Assembly (NCBI GenBank): GCA_028023455.1 | Contig: JAQFVV010000008.1 | Span: 13,950,001 to 14,014,000 of the forward strand | Reading direction: 5' to 3' | DNA length: 64,000 nucleotides | DNA from: Epiperipatus broadwayi | Lineage: Eukaryota > Animalia > Onychophora | Shown here: piece after piece, positions 12,271 to 27,200 of the stretch | How the letters are laid out: the number at the start of each line of letters is the position of its first letter | How positions within the stretch are numbered: position 1 is the stretch's first letter | The notes under the pieces: model-generated | The model's database searches: none | Told to the model about the DNA's origin: nothing | The model's input: only the letters and a program-made list of their open reading frames with translations | Translations under genes and position numbers: made by a program

Positions 12271-15200
12271 GTAATTATTGTAATTATAATAATGAATATA
12301 AATTGTTTTTATATGCACTTTTTATTCTTTTTTAAATTCTATTTTCAATACATTTTTCTTTAGTTTCTTAAAAACATTAGAATATATGGTTCTTGTGACT
12401 TACGCCCAATGTGGCCACTTGATGGCATAGTTGCTTGCAAAAATAATGAAATGTAATGTTACCAGGCCGATGATTTTTTTGCTTTCTCTTCTCCGACAAT
12501 TTCTAAAAATATTTTTTAAAAATTTACGAACCAACATTATTTTCTAAATTACATTTTTTAATTACATTATACATTCAGTGCACAGCACTGGAATGTGCGG
12601 GAAGGGTCTCCGATGGTTTTGACAATCCAAAGGATTGGCCAATACATGCACTAGTCTGATCAAACCAAGCTTTCAGCACGTAGCACTGGAATGTGTGTGG
12701 GGTGTCCGATGGTTTTGCCGATTCAAAGGTTCGGCCAATACATGCAAAAATCTGAGCAAAACAAGCTTTCAATGTGTAGCGCTGGAATGTGGTTTTTGAT
12801 GATCCAAAGGATTGGCCAATACATGCACTAGTCTGAGAACACAAAGATTACAATTTCCAAAATAATGAATAACGACAGCCATTTCATTACTCTCTAAGCT
12901 GTTTTCCTGCAAACGTGCCTTTTTACGTGACTTATGTAAAATGGTTCTGGGACATACCCTTTTGCAATTGTTTTCACCTTCCAAGATGTGCAGGGAAACG
13001 TACAATTATTACTATGTAATAGTACGTCAGGTAAGGTGTAAGATCGTTACTGCCAATGCACATAAAAACACTTATGGCCGGTTGATTCCAAACACCCTCC
13101 CATCCTACGTAGCGGTCTGTGAAGTATGCGCTATTTCTATAGTGACGCGAAACACAGTGTGCAATGCCATCTAGGCCTCCTAATGGCTAATATGAATGGA
13201 ACTGTTTTATAGGCTGTAAGTTGGGTCACGTAAATGGCATATTTCTGTGGTTTTGCAGAGAAACAACGCCATCAAGCGGCCACATTGGGCATTACTCACC
13301 ACTACCGAATATATATATATTTGACATAAATATGCTATACTATACATAAATACAGTATTTAAAGATATAGTAATATTTTCACACCATTCTCAATATACTA
13401 TATTTTTTGTTTTTTAAATATATCTTTCTATTACTTCTATTATATTTTTTGTTTTAAATCTCCTGCATCTTCCAAACATATATAATTTTTTTTTATGCAT
13501 TTTCTTTTTTAAAAATCTTAAATTTTAATTTTTGCAGTACTTGTGTGTGTTTTTTAAAACTACATTCATTACTTCATTATTTATAAGTTCACTATCAAAT
13601 TATTTCTTCACATCCAGACTTACTGATGTTTACATACATTAGCATCTTCTAGAGATGTAAAGATGACATAATCAATGGGTATTAGATGGCAATGCCAATC
13701 AGATTTCAGACTAGTTTCCAGTTATTGGCTTTCTCCTGTGATGAGTACTCGATTGAATATATCTCTAAAAGCCTCCTTTATATTCTGAATAATGTTGCTT
13801 GTGTAATTATATAGATCTGACACTGGATCAACTATTATATATTTTTAAAATTATAATATGTACTTTAACCATTTTTGTAAAAATGAATCGATCTATGCTT
13901 TGTTTTTGATCCTTAAATGTTTTATTGACTTTACTTGCTTCTAAAATGATTTAATTCCAGAATAAATGTTTTATTAATCTACTTTTCAAATGCAATTTAT
14001 TTGTTTATAAAATACATTGTCATGTTTTATTCATTTAATCATATTTTATTCAGCCATTTAGGTAATTAAAGCCTATTGGGATTTAATACTTCATTCTGTA
14101 TTTTTTTATTTTCCTGTTTATGTTTTTATAGTGTTTTGTAATAGTGGGCAATGTTTGAAGATTTAAAGAACTGTCTATTGAAAAATAATATGATTTTTTT
14201 TTAATGAGCTTTATTTACATTGAAAGTGCAATTTATAAAATTATAAACAAACATGATGCTAAACAGATTTTACATTGCGCCAAGATTATATACTTTTGAT
14301 TTTTTTTTTGCATTAGTTCAACAACTTGATTAACATAGTTACAATTTGGCACTTTGTTATAAACTTGTTAAATGTAATGCAAATTTTATTTGAGAAATAA
14401 TTAATTTTTCACATATTCCAATTTTCATGTAAACTGAATCCCAAAACAATTTTTTTTCTTTCAAGTATCTATTATTAACATTTTATTAGCTAATTGTATC
14501 TTTTTTAGAATGTCACGATTGAAATTAAAACATGATAGTAACAGTTCTATTATGGACTTATTCAATTTATCTATATCAATTCATTAATATACACCTGGAT
14601 CTCGTTTTATGCGGTAGATAGGTTCCCCAGAAAATGCGCACAAAAGAAATCGCACAAAAATAGACTTAACTTACCTTGAAAAATGGGGGATGCATACTGT
14701 AATTTTCCAAAAATTGCATAAAAGCAAAGCAACAACGTAAAATTACTTTAAAATTCGCATAAAAAAAATAAAAAATAAAATATGACTAATAAAAAATTTC
14801 AAATTTGAAAAAAATTGATACAAGACAAACTTTTTTTATTAACTACAGTATTTAATTTTATTCAAAACAATATATTTTTATGCATAATTTACATTTTTTT
14901 CATACATGTACGGTATTTTAATCATTATCGCTATTTGAGACATCAGATTCATCATGTGATGTGATTACTGTGCTTCCTAAAGTCAATTTCAAATTATACC
15001 AAGAGGAAATACAACTAGCGCCAACTTCATTTTTTTAAATTGGTCTTATAGTGGATTCGCCCAAACTAAAATGTTTTCCAATCGCTGTTGATCCTTCCCA
15101 TTTCGCTAAGCGATCTAAAATTGAAATTTTTGTTTCCAAAGAAATTCATTTTCTTGGGTGTTTTTTCCTCTCCATTAGGGTAAACTAAAAGTTTAAAATA

Positions 15201-18200
15201 AAAATAAGAACTTAGACTTACGATAATAAAAAGACACCGACTCACCACTGTTGGGCAAAATTTAATTAAAACTAACAATTAAAAATTAAATTCTTATTTT
15301 TGTCTTTAATTTTTTAATTTTCAATTCCATTTAAAAATCAAATTTCATCGTTTCACATCACATTAATTTCAGATCACATTATGTAATTTTTAAATTGTTA
15401 ATTACAATTAAAAATCAGATTTTAATTGTCAAATTTAATTGTGCCCACTGCTGTTACTCACCTTTTAAAAATAAACTTGCGGACACTAAATGATTAATTG
15501 ATTACATACTCTTTTTTAAAAAAGCAAAAATAGAATGTGATTTAAAATGCAAAAACAACAACATACATAGTATAGGCATCTATAACGTTTGAACAGATTT
15601 ACATTATAATCTTGTAAAATTTATTACTTGTGGACACTAAATGATTAATTGATTATGTACTCTTTTTTTAAAAAGCAAAAATAGAATGTGATTTAAAATG
15701 CAAAAACAACAACATGCATAGTATAGGCATCTATAACGTTTGAACAGATTTACATTATAATCTTGTAAAATTTAATGTGTGTATATAAAATGGGGAAATC
15801 CTGATTTTAAGTGAATTATGAACTTCTTTATTGCATAAAATCTATTACAGTACTATTATAAAGCGCTGAAAATATTGAAATTATTAGATGGAAGTCCAAC
15901 TTCGATAATGCGCTATTACATTAAATATGACGTGAGTGCGCGAAATTTATAATATTTAAAGTAATAGTGCATTATCAGAGCTCGACTTCTGATCTAATAA
16001 TTTTTATCGCATAAAAGAAAACAGCATACAAAGATATTAAGAAGAAACATGAATCACATAACTTCAAAATCACATTAAATAAATCCGCATAAAACGAGAC
16101 CCGGGTGTATTGAAAGTTTTATTCTGTTTAGTTGTAGCAGCTTGCTTAATTTGAATATGTATCCAGTTTTATAAGCTCTGTAAAAGTGATTTTGGAGTGG
16201 AATTTGATTATTATAAATTGTTTATTAGATTATTGATTATTTGGCCTTTCAAGTGAAATCTGATGATATATTAATCTTTTATAATTGATTCTCTTTAGCT
16301 GACCCATGTTTTGTTCATCTGCTTTTGAATGTAAGGCACATAAGATATTAATAAAGTTTTTCATTTAATTTATAAAATTTAGAGATCAGCTTATGGAATT
16401 TTCCATAAGGCATGCATACTAACTACATCGGGGTATTTGGTGCCATATTGAATTTAAAAAAAAAAAAACTTATTTGAGACACAATTTTCACAATAACTTC
16501 AGTCTTAATAATGTTAGAGCAAAATGCTGTATATTGGCAGACAATAGAAAAACTAAGGAATACAATAAGGCTAAGACTAATAGTGATTACCATTAAAAAG
16601 ATAAGGAAAAAAAGAAATTTCAATATCCGAAAAAATTATTACTTTGTTCATAATTTCTAATTTATCATTAACTAAAATTGCATCTTCATTGATAATTTTT
16701 TGGAATTCCTCGCAAAATTCTCGTTCAAATTATATATAATACTTCTTATCTGAAATAATCCATAGCTTCGGTATTTACAAAAATAGTCGCATAAGAATTC
16801 TTCATTTTTATCATATACCCCAAAAGTTAAAAAATCTCAAGGCAATCTATATGAAAAAGATTCATCCTAATAAAAGATACAAAACAAATCATTTCCAGAA
16901 GGTGGATATGCATTTGTAATTATTGCAAGTGGCTTCTTGTCTATCCAAAACGAGAAATTGAAAGTTATTGTCTGTATCAATGATAAAATTAGTTTCCTCT
17001 CTTCATTTTATATTTTTTGTTAACACCAATGATGCTACTTGTTATATTTATCGTTCCACAGAGATATAATTTATTTTCAAATAACTCATTTGCTAATGTT
17101 CTGATGCAAGATGTGGCAAAACTACTAACTTCACAGTATCAATACCAAGGCATAGGCAAGAATCGGGATTTGGTTATTTATCTGTGTACAATTCCATGTG
17201 ATATATATAACTTTTATGGCAATCACCACACACACTACTTGAAACCTCTCTATTAGTTTTAAGAATTTATATTTTCATATGGTGCTATGCCCAGTAAATT
17301 TTGTGATTGCTTTATCAACTGCAACCTTTCTGTATATCTGATAATTAGTCTAAAATTTTACCTTGCACTGCTCTATAATACCTTAAATTTATATATATAA
17401 ATCATTACTTGTTACAAAAATACAGACATGCAAGTACAATCACATTAATAAATTATTAAATCTTTTGAGAATCATTGTCTATAAAATAAGATTGCCTCAA
17501 ACTTGGATCAGAGCTCCCATTATACATAAATCACTACTTTCATTATATTTGAATTTGAATACAAGTATAACTTACATACTATACAGACACATATTATACA
17601 TTTATCAAATAATAAAAAAATTAAAGTAATATACAAATAATAAAAAAATTGAAAATGAATACTTATATTACGTTTATTTTCGGGATGAAGGCCTTGAAAT
17701 TGCAAAATCATCAAAGCATGTTGAATCCATTTTATTAAGGACTTTGGCCAATAAAAAATTTGTGCCTTTGTCTTCTTCGTGCAATGTAATAAACTGAGCA
17801 GAAAAAAAAAATTAAATGAACTTATTAATAAAAATATTAATAAAAATCAAATTTTGTCCAATTTTGACATGCCATTTTAAAAAGGAACTAAAGCCACAGA
17901 GAATGATGGTATTGATATATACATAGTCCTTTTGGGTTTCCCGGAATTTAAACAAAAAGACTAAAGAAATTTTAATTTCAATGAATCAGTGGCAGCAACG
18001 CTAACATTTATGAAATCATTAAGTCAGTAAAGAATAATGACTAAAAGTCAAATAAAGTCGCAATATTTCCAATATTCTTCAAAAAGGTTTTGAATGCCTT
18101 TCCCTATAATTTTCATTCCAATATATGAACATTATATTTATTTGAAGTGATAACTTTTTAATCTATTGTATGGTACAAAGTTTATCATATTCAGTGATTT

Positions 18201-21200
18201 TTATTTTTAATCTAACTTTTTTTTTAGCTCTGACAAAGGTGTTTGTTTTGCTTCAAGTGCTAAAAGTTTAAGACTTATAGTATTAAATGACAAAAACTAG
18301 TTTGACAAAAACTAGTTTTTAGTGATAGATAAGTTTATGATTAAAGTACTTTATATTTGTAAATTATTATGGTTCTATATTAGTTATTCTAGTAACAAGC
18401 TTGAAAAATTTATTTCATAAAGAAAATTAAAGCCTGTGAGTCTGAGTTCAAGAAAGCTTTTTTCACTGCAGAAATTTGAATGATTCTTATTATTCCAGAA
18501 GATATTATATGTGAAGTCATAGATTCTTGGAAAATAATATGTAGTATCACTATTAGAAAGGCTTTCATCTTCTTGAAGATCTGAAAATTTGAAGTGAAGT
18601 AAAAGCTGTTTGGACAATGACTTTTTTTAATGTGAGATAAAATATTCAAAATTATTTTTAATAATTGGTATTGTTTTAATCTTGAATATTTGGCATGAAA
18701 TATTCATTTTTTACAATTATGTGAAAAAAAAAAATCTTTAAAATCCTGACGAGAGTTTTATTGATAAGATAATTACTCTATGGTTTTTTGATTTCCAATT
18801 GTTGGAGTTTATTTATTAACAACTATTTAATATTTGCAATCTGTCTTTAGGATTGATCTTATTAGGTCTGTCTTTTATCAGTAGCAATGTGAACTCAATT
18901 ATTTATATTTTACTTTTTTATTATTGATTTATTTAACATCCAATTTATTTTAAGTAGACATAGCAAAATATCTGCATGAAATCTCATGTTTATTATTAGT
19001 TGTCAAAATCAATCAAATTTTTGATATTACTGAAAGTTAAACTGACATTATGTAGCAAAAACAAAGGTTAGCGAACTTCATGAGATATACTTCAAACACT
19101 TTGTTACGGCTATACTTAGGGTAAATGGGACTTTAAATAAATCAATAATCTATCAATTAAAAATTAGTGCTAGCAATAATAAAAAAATAAAATATAAATT
19201 ACAATTGAATTCAACCTTAAAGAAGTGATTGAAAATACTAAACTGTTTAATGAAAAAAAAAGTAGAAGGAAATAAAAAAATAAAACAATAAAAAAAGGAT
19301 TAAATTACCAATAAATATTCATGATTTTATAGAATTGGTACTGTTCCGTTAGCGTGTTGAAACCACTTGATAGTGCTGATCCCATCCAAATGCATATAAA
19401 TATGCCGTTTAGTGGGCCGACAGTCAAACCAAATAGCCACAACATTTTTTTTCTGTTGTAATTAACGGCTTGCTTTGTCTTGTGAGTTTGTGCAAGTGCA
19501 CACATTTCTATCTTTTAAGCAATGTTAACACTTCACTAACATATCATTTCAGGGTGAGTGGATTTAAAGAATGCAGAACTATTGCAATCTGCATTGAAAA
19601 GTAATTACGGTACAACTTACCTAGTATTAAAAAGTAATAATTATAAGCCCATTACACATGTAAGTTGTAAATAATTAGAAAAGGTTAGGGGAAACCACAA
19701 TTTTACTCTTCTCCCAAAAAAAAAGTCACGGTTCGCCAGAATATCTACAAGAATTAAAATGTCTGACTGTCAAATTTTTTGGAGTTATATCCAGAGACAA
19801 AAATTGTAAAAAGAATATATTTCTTAATTGTAAAAAAAAACAAAAAAACAATCAAGTTGGAAAATTATTAATAGGTGTGCCATTAATGTTATCCACCATA
19901 CCTTAGTCACATATTCTTTCAAAGATAGCTATTGGAATAAATAAAGATTAATTTTCTTTTTCAAAAATGACCAAAAAAAAAAGAGTCAAATATAGTTCAG
20001 TAATTAAAGCATTCTCATTTCTTCCACCATAATGTAGTTAGTTATCTGTCAAGCAATGATAGTAGACTTTTTAAAGTTTGTGGGGGGGGGGGTTCCAGCA
20101 CAAAAGCGCTGGCATACACGGAATTCTACTAGAATAGAATATTTGCAATAACATCTGTTAATTGATAAGTTTTAATTCTTGCGGACATGAAAAGGCATAT
20201 CATCTCCCCCCCCCACTCTACATTTGTAATTTATTAAGGAAATCAATCAATGAATTACGTTAACCCGTATGATAAAATGTCAAAATGTAAAAAATTTCTC
20301 GTAGTTATATCCAGAGACAAAAAGAAATTATAATAAGAATTACAGTAATTTATTAATAAGGAAAATAAATGAATTACATAAACCGTACGATTATTCTTTC
20401 ACAAATAAGGTGTTGGGCCCGGTAACGTTATATTTATGTGCATTTTCAGAGAAGCAATGCTTTCAAGCGGTTTCAACATGTTAATAGACTACTACCAATC
20501 ATTTTTTGTCATAGTATTAAAAATTGAATATCTAATGCCAATAGTTCAAGATTAAGACAGCACCAAATTATTAAAAATAATTTTGAATTATTTTGATTCA
20601 TACTAAGAAATTCAATGTGTATGTAGGTTTTACTTTAGCTATATTTTGTATTGGAAACTTCTGTTCTTAAACCTAGTTTATCACTGAAATATTACGAAAA
20701 ATTTCTACGAATAATATTGATATTCAATCAGTCAGATAAAAAAAAATTATAAGAAAATAGTCCTAATTTTTTTATTTGGGTTTAATAGGAATCATTATCG
20801 TAGTCTGATCAGACTTCCCAGTGAATTCTTCCTTTGCACAAATAATAGTTTTCATACTTTATAGCTCAAAGGTTTTATATTTTTAGTGATTTATATTTAT
20901 TGGAAGCAAAGAAACAGCACAAACCAGATCAGTCAATAAGAGTCTAGAATATTGAATAACCAAAAGAGAAAACTGACATCCAAATTATTTAAAGTGGATT
21001 AGTATTATTATATATTAATCTTTATTTAAGGGGGAGATTTAAAACATTAAAGTTTTCTGTTATTCTATCTTTCAAAGTAACCACTGCCTCTACAATTTGT
21101 ACCCTGTAAATAAAATTCCTACTGTACTGCTGAGTATTACATCTATGAGCAGTTTATTACTATCAATTGCTATATTAATTAATTCGCTGTCCTATTTTTT

Positions 21201-24200
21201 AATAAATTAAATTCCCATATAGTCTTGTTTTTTTTTAAAGTTATTTTAATTAATATTTCTTGCTAGTTATAAAATAATACATATAAGATCATTTTTTCAT
21301 ATTACACTATATTTTTTCACTATTTCATTTAACAAAATTTGTTTTAATATCTTAGTACTTTGAGCTTCAGCATATATTTTAATAAGACCATTATAATGTA
21401 TTTAGGTTAAAGCTTACTAATGTGATATTGTTTTTGAATCCTTTTTTTTTTTTCATGCAAATAAATTTTTCCCATCTTTTCTCTTTCAAGAGCAGTTTTT
21501 TTATTTTATTCTCTATAACTATCTAATATAAACTTTAGTAATCAATGGATACTGAATGTTAGTTTATTGTAACTATGTTTCTCGATGCATTGCTATCTAG
21601 TATCCATTGTTTTTTCAAATTAATAACAAATATCTGTGGAGTAGTAGTGAAGGAAACTACTGAAAGCATGTTAAATGTAGTAGAAAATGATCGTGTAATA
21701 TTTTGTTTGTATTATTAGTATTTCTTTTAAGTTTTTATATATAAAAATTTTATCTAATAAAATCATAACTTATACCTTTGTTTTCCTAAGAATATAGTTA
21801 TTATTGAAGAATAAGATTCTTTATGTATCTTTTTCCTAATTCAATCTCATTAGTTAATAGATTGCAAATGAAATTTTTTTTTTTTTTTTTGTCATATTGC
21901 TATAAGAGAAACATTTTGGAAAATAATTATTAATTAATTTAAACTTTTAGTAAGAATAAAATATTTTGATAAAAAAAAAAAAAGAATTTTCATTATTTAT
22001 ATACACTGATTCTCTAAGGATTTTTTCAAATATATTTATTTTTAGATAAACAAACAGTATTAGAAACGGCTATAAAATTAGAAAATAAGCACCCAAATCC
22101 AATTTTAGAAGAATTGAAAGATTATCTTAAAGATCAAATGGAAAAGAATGGAAATGATATTAGAGGTAAGATGAGCAACTTTTATATTAAAAAATTATTA
22201 TTCTCTCAATTTATTTACTTTAATTAAAATGTTATATATGATAAAAATGCTATTAAAACTACATGAAATAAATATAAATGAAACTGATTTGATGATGACC
22301 CTTCCATCAATTGAAAACAAAATCACTATAAAAAAAAATGAACTGTCATTTCTCTTATCAAAAGTTGAAATAGAAATTTTAGTTTAGATAATAAAGACTA
22401 TTTATCACAGTTTTATTTCTCAATTCAGCAGCATTTAATTCTCAAATATTAATAATATTAAAAAATAAGAATAACTATAATAATGGTAAAAAAGTTGAAA
22501 ATGCTCAAATATCTAAAATAGTGCTGCGGGCATGAAGTCATACAATTATCTCATATTTTAAGAGCCTCTGCAATAAAAATACATAAAAATTTCCATTTTC
22601 CACATTTAATCAGAAAAGGCAAAATATTGTAGCATAATTACTCGCATTTCAAATAAAATATCAATGATAGTATTAATTTATATGAATATAATATTGTCAA
22701 AATATCTTAAAATGCTATGTTTTCAAATATATCTATATTAATTAATATTGGTAAAATTATTACTCTTAAGACAGCCATTTATCTTCAGTTCTGACTATCT
22801 TACTTGAGTATTCATAGATGGAATTTGTTTTTGCAGATTCAAAGAGATTAACTTTTAGCAAAAAATTGTAAGTGCTTTATAATTTTGTTAACAAAGTGAT
22901 ATTCAGTATATGACAGTTTGGAAAATTTTGTATTTATAAAATTGAATAATTTGCTTAAACAAATAAGTTCAGACCATTTTATAATGTATCTGAATCTTAG
23001 TACCAAAGATTAGAAATGTGAAGTTAGAAATTCTCATTGGTAGAATGTTCTCTTGTATCAAATCTTTTTGAAATTCTTGTTTCAATTGTTTTCTTGATGA
23101 TGTTCAATAGTAAACAGGATCATTATTAATACCTTACTTTAAAATCTATTGTTTTTCAAATCTTTTGTGTTATGATAGATCAGTTTCTTTTTGAATAGTA
23201 TAGTACTGATAGATCTAAAATATTGTTACTTCCACAGATCAAGAATAATTATTCTTGAATGGGAACAAGTTGTTTAATATGAATATACTGTATTACTTCG
23301 AATTTAAAAATCAGTAGGATTTTAAGCCTGAAAAATTTTTAAAAAAATTATTCCCCGAATTTAAGTTGCATATATGTAATTAAATAGGAAACTAATATAA
23401 ATATAATAAACTCACCTATTGTGAATCTTCAGAATACTTCACTTTCAAAACTTGAATTCTCGTCTTCACTATTCCATCAGATATATCATCTTCAGGCCTT
23501 TAAATTGCAGCCAAATGTTACAATTTCTTTGTCAATTTGCTTTCATGTAAAGTATATTGGTATTTGTAAACTATTAACTGTGCACCCTTTGGTGGCACTG
23601 TTTCTAGTTAAAAACAGAGCGATATAACATTACCGAGCCGCTAGATTTTTTTTTATCTAATAGATCGTATTTTGACATATGGCTGTAATTTTTTTATTTT
23701 TAATATATTGTTGTTGTTTGTTTTGGACATAATTTTTTTTTTTTTGGTTTTCATTTGATAAATTTAAAACTATAATAGACACTTTGACCTTTTTTTTGGA
23801 TCTCAAAAATACATAATTTTTGACATATGCCTTTATTTGGGGGGGGGGGGGGATTTCCGTTCTAAATCTACTGTTTCTTTTTTTACAGACATCTTTTTTT
23901 TTTTGGTTTTGGATTCGATACATTTCAAAGTATAAGGGACAGTTTTAACTTTTTTTTGGAATATCTCAAATATACACAGTTTGCTTTACATACGACTTTC
24001 TTTTTTTTTTTTATGTTATTTAAAATTAGAATCGACACTTTCTTTTTGAATTTGTTAAAAATGCCGGGATTGCTGTTGATTGATTTAGCAAAAAAAATTC
24101 AAACCTGTCCGACAAACTCCGCCTCAGATGTCCGTATTTGCTTATAAACGAAAAGAATTGTTTGGTATTTTATCTTACATTTATAAATACGGTTTTTTTT

Positions 24201-27200
24201 TTTGGGCAGCGGTTTTGATTTTTTTGTTTTTTTAATAATAACAAATAAAACGGGGTTTTGATTTTTTTTAATTATAACAAATAAAACGGGGTTTTGATTT
24301 TTTTTTTTTAATAATAATAAATAAAACGGGACTTATTTTTTCTCTTAGATTTATAAATACGGGTTGTTGTTTTTTTTTAATAAGAACAAATAAAACATCA
24401 AAAACAAAAAAGGCAATCGCGGTATTGTTTTTTTAACAAAAAAAATATGTATATTAACCGGTTTTGTTACATTCTGTGGATTTATTTATTTATCTTTTTT
24501 AAGAGTCATACAAGTTTGTTAAAGATTTTTTGTTTTCATAACAAATAAAACGTCGGTACTTTTTTTTTCTTTTTTAACAACAAAAATTAGGTCGGGTTCA
24601 TTTTTAAAATATACTTAACGTGCTGTTTATTGATTTAGAACAACAACAGCAAAAAACATATTTTTGCTTCTAAACGAGACGAATAGATATGTCAAAAGAA
24701 GAAGTATTTTTTTTTTTACAAAAAAAAAACAAAAAACAATCAATCAAGAGATGTCCAACAAACTCCGCCGCCCCCTTTTAACACTGTCATTCTGGGTGTT
24801 AATTACATGATTTACAGATCAAATAATCGCAAACAAAACAAATTCTTTCCAGAAAATAAATTTATTAACCATATATGACTAAACTAAATCAACTGTAACG
24901 AATGTTCCAACATTTTAAAAAGTCATACAACTTGTTACTGAGGGTGTACGGTCATTTCCTTCAAAATGGCTTGAAAAATGTCCTCGTCTTTGTGAAGACG
25001 CCTCCAAATGAACTCAGCTAAATAATTTTGGAGGTATTGGCGTGCTGTGCCGCGGTGTTTTCTATTCTGCCACTTAAGTAGACCCCAAAACCTCTCGATG
25101 GTCTGAGTGTGAGCTCCAGTTGTGGGGTCCATGAAATTGTAACGATGGTTAACAGTGACATGTGTAAAGCCTGCCGCCTTAAGATCAGTAGTCCTATAAC
25201 TCTTCCAACAGTCTGAGTAGATGGTAGATCCGGACTTGATAACAAATAAAATGGGGTTTTGATTTTTTAATAATAACAAATAAAACGTGTCAACCGGTTT
25301 TGTTACATTCTGTGGATTTATTTATTTATATTTTTTTAATAATCGTACAACTTTGTTAAAGATTTTTTGATTTTCATAACAAAAATAAAACGTCGGTATT
25401 TTTATTCTTTTTTAACAACAAAAATTAGCTCGGGTTCATTTTTAAAATCTACTTAACGTGCTGTTTATTGATTTAAAACAACAACAAAAAACCTCTTTTT
25501 GCTTCTAAACGGAACGAATAGGTATGTCAAAAGAAGAAGTATTTAAAAAAAATCAATCAATCAAGAGATGTCCAAAAAACTACGCCACCCCTTTTTAACA
25601 CTGTCATTCTGGGTGTTAATTACATGATTTACAGATAAAAATAATCGAAAACAAAACACAAATTCTTTCCAGAAAATAAATTTATTAACTACATATGACT
25701 GAACGAAATCAACTGTAACGAATGGCAGGATGTTTTGGGCTTACAAAAACGCATCTGCCTCACTTTCTCTGTTTGGGACATCCCACAAATGTAATAACGT
25801 GGTAGACATTTTGTTGTTATTTTTCAACTCTCGTCCGAGTCAGACAGAAACGGTATTTTTCCGCAAACAACTCCAATCGTCTGCCAGAGAGCTTGAGAAA
25901 TTTTATTTTGTCTTTTTTGACCCCAAAAAACCCCAAAATTAGCAAAAAAAAAAAAAATTTTGACAAATATCAATAATACGCTGAAAATTACTAGTACACA
26001 AAAATCTTTCACTTGGGAAATACAGAAAATCATAAACATCAACAAATAAACACTTGAAAAAGATGACAATGCTCACACTGTCATTTTAAATTCTAGTGAC
26101 AATACAAATTTTGTCAATATGCATAGATTTCAACCCGCAATGAAACCAACGGCAAACTATACGATCATAGTATTGTTAGTAGACGTAGTTTTATTGATAC
26201 ACGGAAGTAATTGGCCGCATATTATAACCACTACATACGATCTACTCATATATTAATGATCACTCGAATATTAGCCGTAGGTTCGGCCGCGAAAGCGGTA
26301 TACTATACGATCATAGTATTGTTAGTAGACATAGTTTTATTGATACGCGGAAGTAATTGGCCGCGTATTATAACCACTGCATACGATCTACTCGTATATT
26401 AGCCGTAGGTTCAGCCACGAAAGCAGTATAATTCTGTATTTTTATACAGAAACAGCGCCAACACAGGCTGTACAGTGAATAGTTTACAAATACCAGTATA
26501 TATATATTTTTTTAAATCTGAATCATTCTTCTAAAATAATTTATATTTTTACAAATATTTACTGAAAAAAAGTTAGAATGTATAAAATATGATTCTAAAA
26601 CATTTGTTTTCACTTTGAATTTCGAAACGAAAACATCGGAACTGTCAAAATTTTGACTGGTGTTTTTTGTGGAGAGAACAACAATCAATCAATCAGCATC
26701 CTGGAAGGCAAGCTTTTATCTCATTGTTATATTGATTTGTTAGTTGTAAAACTATTCTGAAAGTTATTTGGCAAAGTTTTCTTGATTTGTTTTCAGTTTA
26801 TAAATCAAAACAAAAATATCAGAATTGTCAACATTCATTTTCATTTTAAAAAGCAAACATCAACAAAATAACATTAAAAGGTTTTAAAACATTTTTTTTT
26901 TCATTTAAAAAATCAAAATGAAAAGATTGGAACTCAAAATTTTCACAAATGCTCTTGTGGATAAAACAATAATCAATCAATCTGCACCTTGGAAGGTAGA
27001 CTTTTATCTCATTGTTATATTGATTTTTTAGTTTTATAAATATTCAAAGGGTTATTTGATAAACTTTTCTTGGTAAAATCAGTAAAATAATGTTAAAAGT
27101 AGTGGTTTGAGAGAAAGTTAAAACCATTTCCAAAATTAATCCAAAAAATATTGATTAAAACAGATTTAACACACTACTCTACAAAGGAAATGATTATAAT

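Larger units (their letters stand above)
14592..16107. mobile_element. non-autonomous Tc1/mariner-pogo-type element (TA TSD, 23-bp TIR)
   Basis: The left end is TA|cacctggatctcgttttatgcgg and the right end is ccgcataaaacgagacccgggtg|TA (21/23 match). Confidence 0.85.
23559..26494 (-). mobile_element. Merlin (IS1595/ISXO2-like) DNA transposon, internally rearranged
   Basis: The ~47-bp TIR starts ggtatttgtaaactatt (first 17 bp identical at both ends). The 8-bp TSD is agtatatt/agtatata. ISXO2 transposase fragments lie inside. Confidence 0.92.

Noticed and set aside
12117-12335. ORF-track 72-aa ORF as a standalone gene
   Set aside because: Only 12145-12270 is coding (RLR exon); both ends of the ORF are intronic read-through.
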